From: the human T2T-CHM13v2.0 reference genome, Homo sapiens
Assembly (NCBI RefSeq): GCF_009914755.1
Contig: NC_060935.1
Length of the DNA: 64,000 bases
Direction: 5' to 3' (one strand)
Below the pieces are notes generated by a model. That model ran no database searches. It saw only the letters and a program-made list of their open reading frames with translations, and was not told the DNA's origin. Position numbers and translations under genes: made by a program. This document shows positions 26,317-39,962 of the stretch, one piece after another; the stretch's first letter is position 1, and each line of letters starts with the position of its first letter.

Positions 26317-29300
26317 TAGACAGTTGCGATAACCTCTCATCTGGTCTGTCTACCTCCAGCCCCACCTGCCTCCGTATTATCTGCCTACCATTAAAGGGAA
26401 GATAAAATCCACGATGATTCTTCCCAGAGCAAATGCCACCACAGGTACACAGATACGCACATGCACACACATACATGCATACAAACACATGCACACTCAG
26501 CATTGCCCCAGCTTAAAGACACAACTCTTTTGCCTGGTATACAGGGACCTTCTTAGCTTTTCTAAACTTGAAAAGTAGCTGCTGGCTATTTCCATGGCAC
26601 AGTATTTATTTCTGATCTCTGAGCTTTTGAGTAAGATGTTCCCTCTTCCTGATGTGCCCCTGCCCCTCTTGTCCTTCCAGTGACCTCCAACCCATGCATG
26701 AAAATCCAGGCAAGTGTCACCTCCTCTGGGAAGCCCACAGGTCCTCTCAGGGTGTACATGCTCTGCCCCTATTATGGACATCTCGGAGCCTCAGTGCCCT
26801 CACCTGCAAAACGGTACTTAAAACACCACTCCAGACAGTGTTGTATGAGGATTAAATGAGCTTAAAATTCATGACATTTCTGGAAGATTGGAATTCAACC
26901 AGAGTGCTGGGAAGAGCTCAGACTGTTTCATGTGATGGATGGTAGGTAGAGCTGGTATTGTTTACACAAAGGGAAGAGAGTGGGGACTTACAATGTGAGC
27001 CCCAGGAGGCAGGCACCAGATTCTATTCATTTTTGGACTCCCAAGCAAGGAGTGCTTTGCTCACAAAAGGCAACAATTGCTTGCTAAATTAAAGCCTGAA
27101 TTAGAAAGTAAATAGATATCTCAGGCCACCTCTCCCTGCAATGAATGTGGGTGGTGTTTGGCCAGGAGTTATGCCACCATCACACATCTTTTCCTCCAAG
27201 TGAGAAAATCACTTTCTCAATGATTTTCCCTCATTCTGGCCAGGCAAAGATGATCACACCACCTTTATCTCTGGTTCCCAAAAGAGGAAAACAATGGGAC
27301 TTGGAGGTTAGATGCCTCTCTAAGGTGGTCCAGCCTGTCACCAGCAGCCCCTGGCTTTCACTAAGGCTTACCCCGACTCGCTCACACTCTTCTTTCTGTG
27401 GACCCAGAGAGCTGTGTGGACAAGCAAGAGAAGCAGGCTCATTGCTTGTGACAGCAGAGGGGGCACAGAAGCAGCCTGGGCCATCCCAGACAGACCAGAC
27501 CAGCCTCTCTCCCTCATGCCTATGGGACATTTCATAGCTGTCACCGCCCCAGGGCTTCCATCATGACCAAAGCAAAGAACCCTTTTCACCTCAGTAGCTT
27601 TGAAAAGCAGCGTCGCTAAGGCTGCCAACAGGAATTCAGCCCTGGAGATTTCTTGGAGTTGGTTTCATGGATCCAGCAAACCCTGCATCTGCTCACAGTT
27701 AAACTCACAGTTGGGTCAATGCATGCATTGCCTATAGCCCTCACTCATTAAGCTAACCTGGGCATCTCCTTTTTCTCTCTTTGGAAGCATCTCCCCAGCT
27801 CCCTATAGTTTTCAGACCGCACGAACCAGAAAATACATCATAGCAAGGCTGAAAAGGGAGACACTTGGTTAAGATCACCCAAAGTCAGCCCCAAACCCAG
27901 GCCCTGACACTCAGCCTAATGTCCTCGCCCTGCCCCACACTACCTGCCTGGATTGGCACTTGTAGTGCCCACCCCCTGAGGATAGGCTGAAACTCAGGCT
28001 TGTTTTTGAAAGTCCTGAAACCTCTACTAGCCAGGTCAGGAGCTCAGCAGGTGCCAGGGCTGCAAGTTTTAATCATGATAACTACATCTCTCTTTCCCTC
28101 CCTTTTTGCCAGGTCCTGTACATTGACTATCTCTTTGGACTCCACAAAACTTTAGGAGGCTGGTGTTATCATCTCCATCTTACAGATAAGGAAAGAAAAA
28201 TTCAAAAAAGTTATGTAGCATGCCCAAGATTCCGCCTGGAAAGTGGACATCTTTCATTTCAGGGCTGTGGATGTGGCTGGGTCAGGCACTGCTTATAGTA
28301 GGAGGGGAAGAAGTCAGATTTCATCCAAATGACAAGAAGAAAACATCATCCACAAGCCCAGCTAGTGAATATGCTGCAGGCAGGGAGAAAAGAGGATCCG
28401 GAGTCAAAGACATCTCCAGGAGAAACAATGTCTGCTGCTCAGAGGAGAACAGCTGGAAGCCCAAGGCCTACTTCTATAAGGCTACTATGCCCACAGCAAA
28501 AGCATGGGTCAACCCAAGAGATCTAGGACGGCTGCAGAGAGATACACACGTCACCATGAGGCCAGAATGCACATCTTGGGTCTTCACCCAGAGGAGAAGC
28601 AGAGAAGCAGGGCCTGACAGGGCCTGAATATCCCTCTGAACCTGGTGATGAGGAGGGGCAGCTGTTCTCACATCCCACCCAAGCAGGGCCAACCAAGACC
28701 AGTGTCAGCCAAGATGCCCATGAGGCTTTAAGTCATCTTAGGATACAAATGAGATCAGCTAGTCAGCTTTTGAAATCTGTGGAGTTTTCCTTCTTTGCCT
28801 CTTAATTTTTCTCTCCAAACATGTCAACCCGTATGGGCTAAGCTAATATGAAAACATTTGTCCCTCTGAGAGAGCAGAGCTAGAGAGATCAGAGCTCCCC
28901 TAGAGGCTGGGAAAAGCCCAGCTAGGGAAGGTTCAGCCCACACACCCTGAGCACCTGTGGTGCATCAAGCCTCACTCCAGGTGCCGGGGAGTAGCTATTA
29001 GCAAGATAGAAAAGGCCTCTGATGTCATGGAGCTGACCTTCCAGAGGAAGGGACACAAATGACACAGGACTAAACAAAGACTATAGAGTGAATTCAAAGG
29101 AAGAATTGCATCCTAGGGTGGCCGTAGTGGCCTCTCTAAGGTGGTAGGGAGGGAACCTTTGGGCTGCACAAGGAGAAGGTGCCACTCTAGGAGAGCTCTA
29201 AGGAAGAGAACTCCAGGCAGAGGGAACAGCAGACACAACGGCCCTGAGACAGGACTGAGCTGGGCGTGCTGGAGGAACTGTCAGAAGGTGGGCTTTGCCA

Positions 29301-30577
29301 GCACCTGGGGCATATGGGGGATGGGAGCAAGATATAATAAGAGGGTAAAGAGGCAGGTAGGCTCCATGAGCACAGTGAGATCCCGAGAGAAACATCTGCT
29401 GGCTGCACCCTCAGTGCCTAGCTGAACTGAACTGGAGAGTTCAGCTGAGATTGACAAACACATGTGGGTACAGCCAGATAGGGGCCAGGCACTGGACTGG
29501 CTTGGGGCTTGAATGAACAGCCCAGTGGGGAAGACAGCCACACACACAGAACCCAAAGCCCTGTCAACATTGTCAGACTGATTGATACGTGTCCGGGGCT
29601 TTTCTCCCTCAGAACCTCAGAGCCAGACATCAAAGAGCATTTCACTGCAGAGCCCCTATCCTGGCTTCTTGCTCTTTTGTTGGTTTTTCTTTACCTGGGC
29701 CAGAACACATGGAGAGTGAAGTTGGTATTTCTCTAAGCTTGCAGTAGCCAACAGGAGGATGAATTATTGAGGTTCTATGCTTGTTAATAGCACACTCCAA
29801 TCTCTGGTGTTGACAAGGCTACAGGCCACCAGGGGGTTTGTCCATTCAAGCCAAATACTTTTTAGGGACTGGCCTGGAATGCATTATAATGCTTTTGGGA
29901 GAATAGAAATGCCCTCGTTCTGTGCCAGATATTTAACCAGGAACAAAGGAAGAAGAGTGCTTGGCTCAGACTCTTTTCAAAGTATTGGACAGCCCCATGC
30001 AGGACTCCTGCAGCCTCAAGCAGACTCATGCAAACTCAAGGGGACCTACCCGGTTGTAGAGGCCCTTACAGCATCCAGATGCAGGATTCAGATGGAGGCA
30101 CCCAGCATCTTTCTTCTGGGATCCACTCAGTAGTTGGTACCCAAGGTTCCTAGCCATGAAACTCCTCCTTCCCCTTTCTGGAGGCCATATAGAGTGAACT
30201 TACTATGGCTCTGCTCCCCACAGTTAAACTGAAGATTTCCTGATTTGAAAGTAATACATGTACAATGAATTTAATAATTAAACAATCAACAAGTATTCAT
30301 TCTATGGCTACCAAGGGCACTTTTCTAGGCACTTTGCATACTGATTCGAACATACTGTAGAGCATGTGGAAATTAAAGAAACCTACAAAGAAGGAAAACA
30401 GTTAAAATGTTACCCATTTGCCTATCACCTAAGAAGCAGCAGAGTTAACATTTGATTTAGTACATTCCTTTCCAGACATTTATCTATACATTTTAATATG
30501 ATTGAGATCATACTGTCAACCTAATTTTGTATCATGACTTTTAAATTTAACACTACATCATAATCATTTTTTCCAGC

Positions 30578-30765
30578 TAGGATTTCTGGCATTAACACAT
30601 AGAATTTCAAGATATCCAGTTAAAATGGAATTTCATAGAAATGACAAATAAATTTTAGTATAAGTATATCCCAAATATTACATGGAATAGACACCAAAAA
30701 ATTATTTCTTGTTTCTACTGAATTTCAAATTTAACTGGTGTCCTGGGTTGTATCTGGCAACCTTT
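30578..30765. mobile_element. MER53-like palindromic hAT MITE
   Basis: Internal inverted repeat CCAGTTAAAATGGAATTTCA...TGAATTTCAAATTTAACTGG; ends TATCTGGCAACCT. Confidence 0.75.
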
Positions 30766-30799
30766 GGTTAAATATTCACAGGAGGCTTCATCTCTAGCC

Positions 30800-31270
30800 T
30801 CATCTTTGCCACCTGACTCCTTCTCTCATTCTGTTCAAACACACAGACCTTGAACAGGTCGCGCTGCACCTGCCACAGGGCCTTGACACTTGCTCCCCTT
30901 CTGCTTGGATGCCCATCCCCTTGATATCTAACTCCCTTATTCACTTCCCTCAGAGCTCTGTTCAAATGTCAACTTATCAACAGGTGTCCTCTGGCCACTC
31001 TACTGAAAATAACATTCTCCATCTCTCTCCATCCCTCATATCCTGTCTAACCAGAATAAATGCTTTGTTCACAGCATTTGTTCCTGCATGTAACATGCTA
31101 TATTTAATTCCCTACTGTCTGGCTCTACCTCTTAGGGTAAAGATCCCTGAGAACAAGGACTTTATCTGTTTGAATTTCATTTTTCTTTTGTTTTACCGCC
31201 ATATCCCCAGTGTGTAGAACAGCACCCGGCACATCGTAGGTGCGCTAGGAATACTTGTTAAATGAATGGA
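30800..31270 (+). mobile_element. L2 LINE 3' end
   Basis: TCCCTCAGAGCTCTGTTCAAATGTCAAC...AGAACAGCACCCGGCACATCGTAGGTGCGCTAGGAATACTTGTTAAATGAATG. Confidence 0.8.
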
Positions 31271-31499
31271 CACGTGAGTGTGCATGCATGTCTCTGGTTA
31301 TTGATTCTATCCGATTGAATCATCAGTCTATTCCTGAACCATACTGATTTAATTATTGTGGCTGCATGAGCACTTTTTAATATCTGATAGAACCACTTCT
31401 CTCAGTAATCTTTTATACTTTTTCTCCTTGGTGATTTTTGAGTGATTATTCTCCCACCTAAATTTAGAGTCATAAAAATGGCAAACAATTATAGATATG

Positions 31500-31735
31500 A
31501 TAATTTGCCACTTAGCAAATATAGCCTGCACTATGCACCAGGCCTGCTCTAAGCACTTTCTATGCATTAACCATGTAATCCTCACAGCAAACCTGTAAGG
31601 GAGGTGCTATACTTACTGCACTTTCCAGATGAGGAAACTGAGATGTAAATAACTTCTGTGAGGTCACACAGCTGGTAAGTGGCAAGGCGAATATCTAACC
31701 CCGTCTGGCTTTAGAGGCCATCCTGTGAAGCACCC
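31500..31735 (-). mobile_element. MIR SINE
   Basis: TTTCCAGATGAGGAAACTGAG...GGTCACACAGCTGGTAAGTGGC core. Confidence 0.85.
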
Positions 31736-31749
31736 TTCTTGCTGCCTTC

Positions 31750-32232
31750 TTATTCATTTTATTTTGCTGCCGTAACAAATTACCACAAACTTAGCAGCTG
31801 TAAAATAATACATGTTTGTTATCTCACAGTTCCACTAATCAGGAATCTGGGCTCCAGGTTAGGTGGATCGGCTCAGGCCTCACAAGCTGAAATCAAGGTG
31901 TCAGTTGGGCTACAATTCTCCTCTGAGGCTGGACTCTTCTTCCAAGCTCACCAGTTCCTGGACACATGCCCCTCAATAGCATAGCTACTGGCTGCTTCCT
32001 AGAAACCAATAGGAGCGTAACTCTCTCAGACTTTCTCTCCTGCCACTGGCCAGAGAAAACACTCTTCTTTTAAAGGGCTCACCTGATTGCAACATGCTCA
32101 CTCAAATAATCTCTGTGTTGGAAGTTCAGCTGACTTGGGACTTCGTTTGCATCTGCTAAGCACCTTCACAGCAGTGTCTGGATTCAACTGATTGAATAAC
32201 CAGGTGCCATTTTTAGAATTCTGCCTACTACC
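31750..32232 (-). mobile_element. MLT1 (MaLR) LTR
   Basis: TTGCTGCCGTAACAAATTACCACAAACTTAGCAGC...GCCATTTTTAGAATTCTGCCTACTAC. Confidence 0.85.
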
Positions 32233-32247
32233 ATCTTTTCGTGGGGG

Positions 32248-32745
32248 TGTTATTATTATTTAGGTATGGCAAGGCCAACAGATGAGGAAACAACCACCAC
32301 TGAAAATAGTTGATTATACTCAGAGATGCCACATGGGAAGTACCAGGGTTGGTCAGGAGGCAGAGGGAGAGCTGGGCCTAAGAGCAAGAGCCTTGACCAT
32401 GATTCCTGTGGAAAGGAATGGGTGGGGCAGGGTAAGCAGGGTTAGGATTGGCTATTTTGAATAATTTCACAGGTTCTGGGAGCATAAGAACTGTCCTGAG
32501 TTGTCCAGTACCTGGCCCTGGGGTGATGAGGGTGGGTGGTTAATGACCCAGAGTGTGAGAGTCCAATAAAGAAGGTCATTTGGTGTGAAGACTCTGGATC
32601 AAGTTGGTTTACACTTAAAAGCACCCTCTCAACCATGTTGTTTATTATCTTGAGGAATTGGCTAACCTTGGGAGGAGGAATCCCTCCAGGGTCAGCAAGG
32701 CTTCAGAGGTCAAAGAATACAGGAAATGAACGGCACGGTTAACAC
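32248..32745 (-). mobile_element. MER54/MER74-like ERVL solo LTR
   Basis: Reverse strand begins TGTTAACC...GCCTTGCTGACCCTGGAGGGATTCCTCCTCCCAAGGTTAGCCAATTCCTCAAGATAATAAACAAC. Confidence 0.7.
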
Positions 32746-32829
32746 ACACAGCTGCCTCATTTGGTCAAGTTGATCCACCCCTTTCTCCCATCTCCCATCC
32801 CCAAAGGAGAAAACAACTCTTTGTCCCTT

Positions 32830-33720
32830 TGGTTCACATTGTTTTAAAAGTACAAAGCAACTTAGGAAGAACTGACACCTTTATGACAGTCTTTCCTTCC
32901 AGGAACATAGTATACCTCTCCATTTATTCAAATCTTTTATGACTCTCAGTAAAGTTTTGTATTTTTCTCTAAATAAATTCTCACTTCTTTTTATGGTTAT
33001 CCCAGGTATTTTATGGGTTTTACTGCTATTATGAATGGAATTTTCTCCTATATTTTCTAGTATATTCTACTATATTTTTTACACTTTACTACATTTTCTG
33101 TACTTTTACTCTGTTTTCTAATTATTAGTAATTGCTGATATATTGGAACTATAATAATTTTTTACAGCTTTATGGTATATAATTGAGCTACAATAAACAA
33201 TGTGAGATTGTTTATCTGTCCCTACCACCTTATTTTATTTGCTGCAATTATTTGTGTGTGATCAAAGTACATATTTAAAGCATGAATTTGATAAGCTTGA
33301 CATATGTCTACACCTATAAAACTATCCCCACATGAGGACAGTGACCAAATCTCTTACCCCCAAACCTTCCTCCTGCCCTATAGTAATCTTTCCCTCCCAA
33401 CCCTCCCACATATTCTCAGGCAACAACTGATCTGATTTCTGTCACTACAGATTTTCATACTGTTTCAGATTTTCAGCTACTAAATTGTGACGTTATTTTT
33501 CATCATTTTTCAATTTATTCATGAGTTTTCTACTATGCAAACAGATCATCAATATATAATAACAATTTCATCTCCTCCTTTCAAAATTATATGATCTAAT
33601 TCTAGTTCATGCACAGTGGATCAGCAAGAATTTCCAGAATAATGCTAAATCAACACAGTGATTTTTGTGTCCTCCTTGATTTAATTAGAATGATTTCAGT
33701 GTTTGGGTGCCTGTTAAACT
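32830..33720 (-). mobile_element. Ancient L1M fragments (antisense)
   Basis: CCTCTCCATTTATTCAAATCTTTTATGACTCTCAGTAAAGTTTTGT and GGCAACAACTGATCTGATTTCTGTCACTACAGAT are antisense L1M motifs. Confidence 0.7.
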
Positions 33721-34111
33721 GTTGGTGTTGTTTTAATGAAAAACAAGCCATTATCCAGAATGAGGTCTTGGAACACAGAGAGCAAGTTATGTGACCAGAC
33801 AGCATCACTCCTTCTAACCCTGGATTCATTTACTTACTTGCCTGGTCACCTGTCTTGTCATTTCCAGCCTGTTTTAATCATTCACCCCTCTGTGTTTGGT
33901 ATATATATTTATTAAGGCACTGCTCACAGGTATAACTAGTTTTTACCTGTGTTCCTTCATCACCAGACTACGAACTAAAGCAGAAATGGTACCTTTTTCA
34001 TCTGATTGGGCAAAACATCTTGCATATTCTAGGTACTTCATAAATGTTTATTAAATTGAATGCAACTATAGTAATGTTTACCTAAAAACATATCTCCCAA
34101 ACCTGCATATA

Positions 34112-34767
34112 CAGCAGTCCCCCTTTATCCATGGTTTCGCTAGGCAAGGTTTCAGTGACTTGCAGTCAACCGAGGTCTGAAAATATTAAATGGAAAATTC
34201 CAGAAATGTTATTCCTAAGTTTTAAATCATGCGTCATTCTGAGAAGCATGATGAAAACTCATGCTGTCCCTTTCTGTCCCACTCAGGACTACATTAACCC
34301 CCGCAGCCCACCCCATGGTTCCCAGGTTTGACCATCACAGTATCACAGTGCTTGTGTCCAAGTCATCCTTATTTTACTCTATGGCCCAAAGTGCAAGAGT
34401 AATGATGCTGTCAATTCAGATATGCCAAAGAAAAGCTGTAAAATGCTTCCTTTAAGTGAAAAGGTGGAAGTTCTCAACTGAATAAGGAAAGAAAAAAATC
34501 GTAGGCTGAGGTTGCAAAGATCTATAGTAAGAATAAGTCTATCTTTGAAAATGTGAAAAAGGAAAAAGAAATCCATGCTAGTTTTGCTGTCGCACCTCAA
34601 ACTGCAAAAGTTTGTGCATAATAAGTGGTTAGTTAAACTTTATCATAGGTACCTATGTACTTATAAGAAAAAAACATAGTATATATAGGGTTCGATACTA
34701 CTTGCAGTTTCAGGCATCCACTGGGGTCTTAGAATATATGTACTCCCGAGGATAAAGGGAACTAGTG
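34112..34767 (+). mobile_element. MER44/Tigger7-derived DNA transposon (TcMar-Tigger), inserted in a MER5-like element
   Basis: TA TSDs (34110-34111, 34768-34769); TIRs CAGCAGTCCCCCTTTATCC / GGATAAAGGGAACTAGTG; decayed transposase N-terminus from ~34422 (MPKKSCKMLPLSEKVEVLN*IRKEK). Confidence 0.9.
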
Positions 34768-36392
34768 TACATCAGAATCACCTTACTAAATTAGTTGGGG
34801 GAAGAAAGCAAAAAGAAGTTTTATTTTTAAAATATTAGTCAATGAAGAAAAAAATAAGAATACATCTTACTAGGTTCCATCATATACTCCTTAAATCAGA
34901 ATTTCTATCCTGGAAGCCTGGAATCTGTATTTTTGATAACCTCCCAGATGATCCTTATCCAGCCAGCCTTGCTTGGGCTAATAATCAGTTTGGAGAATCA
35001 TTGTCATAAAGAAACCAAGGAAAGCTAGGAGCAAAGCCCCCTTACATTATGAAATGCTAGCGCTAAAGGCATTCTAAAGCTCTATTCCACCCCTACATTT
35101 TTCAGTGGGTGAAACCTCTGAAAAGCAAAAAGCTTTGCCTAAAACACTTGAAGTCACCCTCGTTACTCAGACAAAAGCTGGGTCCCAAAGGATCTGTTTC
35201 CTCAGTACCACCGGTCCTCCCAGGAACTTCACCACTCTTGGCAGGAATTAATGACCCAAGATCTTGGGAGAATCTTCATCTTCCCAGCCCCAGCATACAT
35301 AGCCATGAGCAACAGGGACAGCCAGGAAGCATGTGGAGAGTAATTCCTTTTGGAGGGATACAATGACTATAAACCAAACCAAAACTTTCAGCCAAATGGT
35401 TGAATTTGAGTTCTGAAATAATTCAAACTCTTGAGAAAGTTATAAACAAACATGAAGCCAGACAGCAGGTGATAATTCTCTGGGCCACCTCTGTCAGATG
35501 CATTATTTATAAGATGGGGAATATATTTTGTGCATTTTTCTTCCTAGATAATTCAGTAAAAACCACAAGGCAAACAAAATAGTTCCTACCATTGGGTTTC
35601 CAACATCATCAGCCTTGCAATCCATCCTGACTCACTTCCCTAGGTCTTCCAGGCGTGCCCACCACAGGGAAGATTCCCAAGCACTACTGGAAGGCAAAGA
35701 CCCTCAGGACAGGAGAGGAAGTTGTGAATCATCTGGTGTAGCCTCCTTTGCTGGCAGTAAACCAGCAAAGCAGTGGCTAAGCTGAGATAAGGGCAATCTT
35801 AGGCTCTAAGCAGTGCTCATGCCACCGCTTACGATTGTATACTAAATTTTATACACTTTATTTCTGGGGAAAGGTCTTTGGGTTTCATCAGACTTGCGAA
35901 GAAGCCCCTGCCCCACAGTGGTTTTAAGAGTCACTTTCCGGAAGCGTGTAACTCCCCACCACTCCTATCCTCTCCCACTGCCTCCACCCAGCCTCCCTCA
36001 CCTATTGGCTGAATCCCACCTTCCCACTTGTCCTACTGGCTCTGGGTGTGATCTGCTCTCCATGCTGATGCCAGTAGGCTGTTTCTAATATGCAAACCTG
36101 CCGGCATCACTGTCCTGACTACAGGACCAAACCACTGGGATAAAAACCCAAACTAAGTATACCATACACGGTCCTCTACATCCTGGCCCTTTGTTGTCTT
36201 TGTGGCCTCAAATCTCACTATTTTGCTACTTTTCTCACCTAGAGTGAAGGCTTGGGCCTCACTGGGGAGATTTGAATCCACATGTGCCTGGCATCAAAGC
36301 ACAGGCTCTTTGAATGACAAAAGCATGTCCCATACTAGTGAGGAAAGCCTCTTCATGTCTGTCTCGACCCACAGTATATACCCAGCAGATGC

Positions 36393-36686
36393 TTTTTTTT
36401 TTTTTTTTTTCTGAGACAGAGTCTCACTCTGTCGCCCAGCCTGGAGTGCAGTGGCACAATCTTGGCTCACTGCAACCTCTGCCTCCCAGGTTCAAGTGAT
36501 TTGCCTCGCCTCCTGAGTAGCTGGGACTACAGGCACACGCCACCACACCTGGCTAATTTTTGTATTTTTAATACAGACGGAGTTTCACCACGTTGGCCAG
36601 GATGGTCTCGATCTCCTGACCTCGTGATCCACCCGCCTCAGCCTCCCAAAGTGCTGGGATTACAGGCGTGAACCACAGCACCCAGC
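36393..36686 (-). mobile_element. Alu (AluS-like) with TSD
   Basis: Poly-T followed by antisense Alu; TSD TACCCAGCAGATGCTTT on both sides. Confidence 0.97.
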
Positions 36687-36852
36687 TACCCAGCAGATGC
36701 TTTCTTAACCCCAATGAAGACCCTCAGCTCTGACGGTACACACAGGCTTTCTCTAGCAATGGGAACTTGATGTGATTCATTCTAGTACTTAGAATTCAAC
36801 TGTCATGTGTTAGGCATGAAGTTTGCCCCAGCTAGTGTGCCAAGTGCTCAGA

Positions 36853-37218
36853 CATGCTAGTTTTGCTGTCGTACCTCAAACTGCAAAAGTTTGTGCATAA
36901 TAAGTGCTTAAACTTTATCATAGGTACCTATGAACTTATAAGAAAAAACATAGTATATATAGGATTCGGTACCATCTGCAGTTTCAGGCATCCACTGGGG
37001 GGTCTTAGAATGTACATACCCCCAAGGGTAAAGGGGGACTAATGTAAATTAGAATTACCTTACAAAATTAATTGTGGGAAGAAAGCAAAAAGAAATTTTA
37101 TTTTTAAAGAGGCTTTTAAACTATTAGTCAATGAGGAAAAAATAAGGATACATCTTACTAAGTGCCATCCTATACTCCTTAAATTACAATTTCTATCTTG
37201 GAAGCCTGGAATCTGTAT
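36853..37218 (+). repeat. ~360-bp duplicate of 34574-34930 (MER44 3' end plus its flank)
   Basis: CATGCTAGTTTTGCTGTC...GGAAGCCTGGAATCTGTAT; the alignment continues ~160 bp beyond the transposon TIR. Confidence 0.93.
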
Positions 37219-37239
37219 GAATAAAGCATAGCCCCCAAT

Positions 37240-37990
37240 TATTAGCCACCAGGAAAATCAAAACCACAATGAGATACCACTTAACACCCACTAGGGTGGC
37301 TATAATAAAAACAACAGAGAACAACACGTGTTGGTGAGGGTGAGGAGAGCCTGAGACACTGCCAGTGAGAATGTAAATGGCACTTCAGTCACTTTGGGAC
37401 CGAAGGTCCAAAAGAGGTATCATATAACCCAGAAATTTCACTCCTGCCTATACAAGAAAAATGAACATGCATGTCCATACAAACACTTGCACATGAATAA
37501 TATAGCAGCATTCTTCCCAATTAAAAAAAAGTAGAAACAATATCAATATCCAACAACTGATGAATGCATAAGTCAATGCAGTATATCAATACAATGGAAT
37601 GTTACTCGGCAATAAAAAGGAATGAAGTATTGATACATGTTAAGACATGAAAGTACCTTGCAAACATTACGTTAAGTGGAAGAAGCTGGTCATAAAAGAC
37701 TACATATTATATGATTCCGTCTACATTAAATATCCAGAATAGTCAAATGTATAAAGATACGAAGAAGATTAATGGTGGTGTAGGTCTGGGGAGGGGGCAG
37801 GAGGATTATTGGTCAGCAATTGGGAGGGACTGCTAAAGAGGATGGCATTCCTTTTGGGAACAATGAAAATATTCTAAAATTGATTGTAATGACGGTTTCA
37901 CAACTCTGTGAATGTACTAAAGATCATTGAATTACACCTTTGAAATGAATGAATTGTATGGCATGTAATTCTATCTGTGGTTTTAAAAAC
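37240..37990 (+). mobile_element. L1MB-type 3' end fragment
   Basis: AAAATCAAAACCACAATGAGATACCAC...GAATGAAGTATTGATACATG...CACAACTCTGTGAATGTACTAAAGATCATTGAATT. Confidence 0.88.
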
Positions 37991-38037
37991 ACCACCCAGC
38001 TCCCACTGTCAATGAACCCTTAGTCTAGGCAGCTCCC

Positions 38038-38150
38038 CAGGGTGACTAGCTTGTTTGGTTTGCCCAGGACTTGCCCAGTTTTAGCACTGAAAACCTCACA
38101 CCCAAGGAAATCTGTCAATCCCAGGCAAACCAAGACAATTGGTCACCCTA
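38038..38150. mobile_element. MER81/MER94-like hAT-Blackjack MITE
   Basis: TIRs AGGGTGAC...GTCACCCT and internal inverted repeat GGTTTGCCCAGGA / TCCCAGGCAAACC. Confidence 0.8.
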
Positions 38151-39069
38151 CTGGAACTGCACCCACCCATTCTCAGCAGGGACTTCAAGGGCAGAAGACA
38201 GCCAGCTAGCCACCCACAGACACTCTGAAGCCAAATGTGGCCACGATCTCTACACAGAGGAGACGGGAAGCTGAGCATGTGGCCCTCTCAGGGAGGAAGG
38301 AGAAGTGACTCCTCCCAGACCTGGGCTGAACTGACCCCACAGCAGGCTGGTCACTTGGAGTGAACTTGTGGCCAGATAGTAACACTGCCCTCCCCGCCGA
38401 CCCCACACACACACAATCCCCCTTAGGTGCTGGCATAATTGAGGGCACAGGGCAGCTGGTTCCCACTCTCTCTGAGTCCTGATTTTTTAAACTCATACAA
38501 TTATTGTAATCCCACACTCTGCTTTGTCATGCCTTTAGTCCTTCCTTTGAGAACTCCCCTCCTACTCTCAACAGCCTGGGCTGAGGGCTTTCCAAACAGC
38601 AGATCTCGGAGGCTTAATGGTGTTTGGTCTTTCTAAAGCACTTGTAATCACCTCTCCTTTCTATGATCCAATTTCAAATGTGACAAATGTAGTTCAGCCC
38701 AACCTGAGTGCCTCTAATTGCTACTAAAGGCTGACAGGGGGAAGGCTGGATAGTCTCATCAGCCATGGAAGATAGAGCACTAGCCAGAGGCAGGATTCCA
38801 TCCCTTGCATCCAGACAGGACTGGCCTGCACCTGAGCCCCTAACCTACTAGGGCAGAGATCACTTGGAAGTTCCTCTCTTTCTGCCACCTTTCAGCAATG
38901 CGGCCATTTTCACAACTACTGTCAAATTGTCTTATGACAGCACCAGGTAATTCTCTCTAAATGGTTCTGGGGTATGTATTATTTATTGTGAGTCTACCAT
39001 GAGCAAAAAAAAATAACAGCCATCTTTAAAATTTTAGTTCACAGTTTACTCTTCACACGACAGCCAGAG

Positions 39070-39396
39070 TTTCTTTTCTTTTTCTTTCTTTCATTTTTTT
39101 TTTTTTTTAATTAGTGACAAGGTCTCACTCTGTCACCCAGGCTGGAGTGCAATGGTATGATCACAGCTACACTGCAGCTTCTAACTCCTGGACTCATTGG
39201 ATCCTCCTGCCTCAGCCTCCCAAGTACTGGAACTATAGGTGCATAGCACCATGCCTGGATACTTTTTAAATTTTTTGTAGAGGTAGGGGTCTTGTTATGT
39301 TGCCTAGGCTGGTCTTGAACTCTTAGGCTTAAGTGATCCTCCTGCCTTGGCCTTCCAAAGTGTTGGGATTGCAGGCATGAGCCACCATGTCTGGCC
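39070..39396 (-). mobile_element. Alu (AluJ-like) inserted in L2
   Basis: T-rich tail, antisense Alu body with old-subfamily divergence, ends ATGTCTGGCC. Confidence 0.93.
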
Positions 39397-39399
39397 CCA

Positions 39400-39962
39400 G
39401 AATTGTTTTAAAGCATACATCAGATCCTGTTACATCCCTACTCGAAGCTCTCCATTGGCATCCCACTACCTTTAGAACAAAATCCTGGGTTCTCTTCACA
39501 GCCCCAACCCTGGCTGTTCCTCCAGCCTCACATGCTACCCGCTTCCTCAGCTCCAGCCACCCTGGCCTACAAGTCTTCTTTGAACATACCACACATGCTG
39601 CGTCTTCAGGGCCTTTGTACATTCTGCCTCTCTGATGCTCCAGATTTGTTCCCCCAGAGATTCCTGTGTCTCTTCCCTCACTTCCTTCAGGTCTCTTCTC
39701 AAATGTCACCTCCTTAAGCAGGCTTCCCTGACCATCCCACTACATTAAGTAGTCCTCTTCCATTATCCTTCATCCCTTTATTCTGCTTTATTTTTCTTCA
39801 TTGCATTCATCATTATATTAAATATTTGTTTGCTTATTTGCCAACAACTTCCTGCTGCCAGAACATAAGCTCCATGAAAGCAGGGATACGTCTGTCTATT
39901 CTGCCCAGAATAATGCCTAGTGTCTATATCACAAGTGCTCAGATAATATTTATCAAATGACC
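39400..39962 (+). mobile_element. L2 LINE 3' region
   Basis: CAGATCCTGTTACATCCCTACTCGAAGCTCTCCATTGGC...CTTCAGGTCTCTTCTCAAATGTCACC...AAGCTCCATGAAAGCAGGG. Confidence 0.8.

Noticed and set aside
34422-34612. Transposase-like coding stretch suggesting a domesticated Tigger gene
   Set aside because: In-frame stop and internal deletion; an ordinary non-autonomous MER44 derivative.
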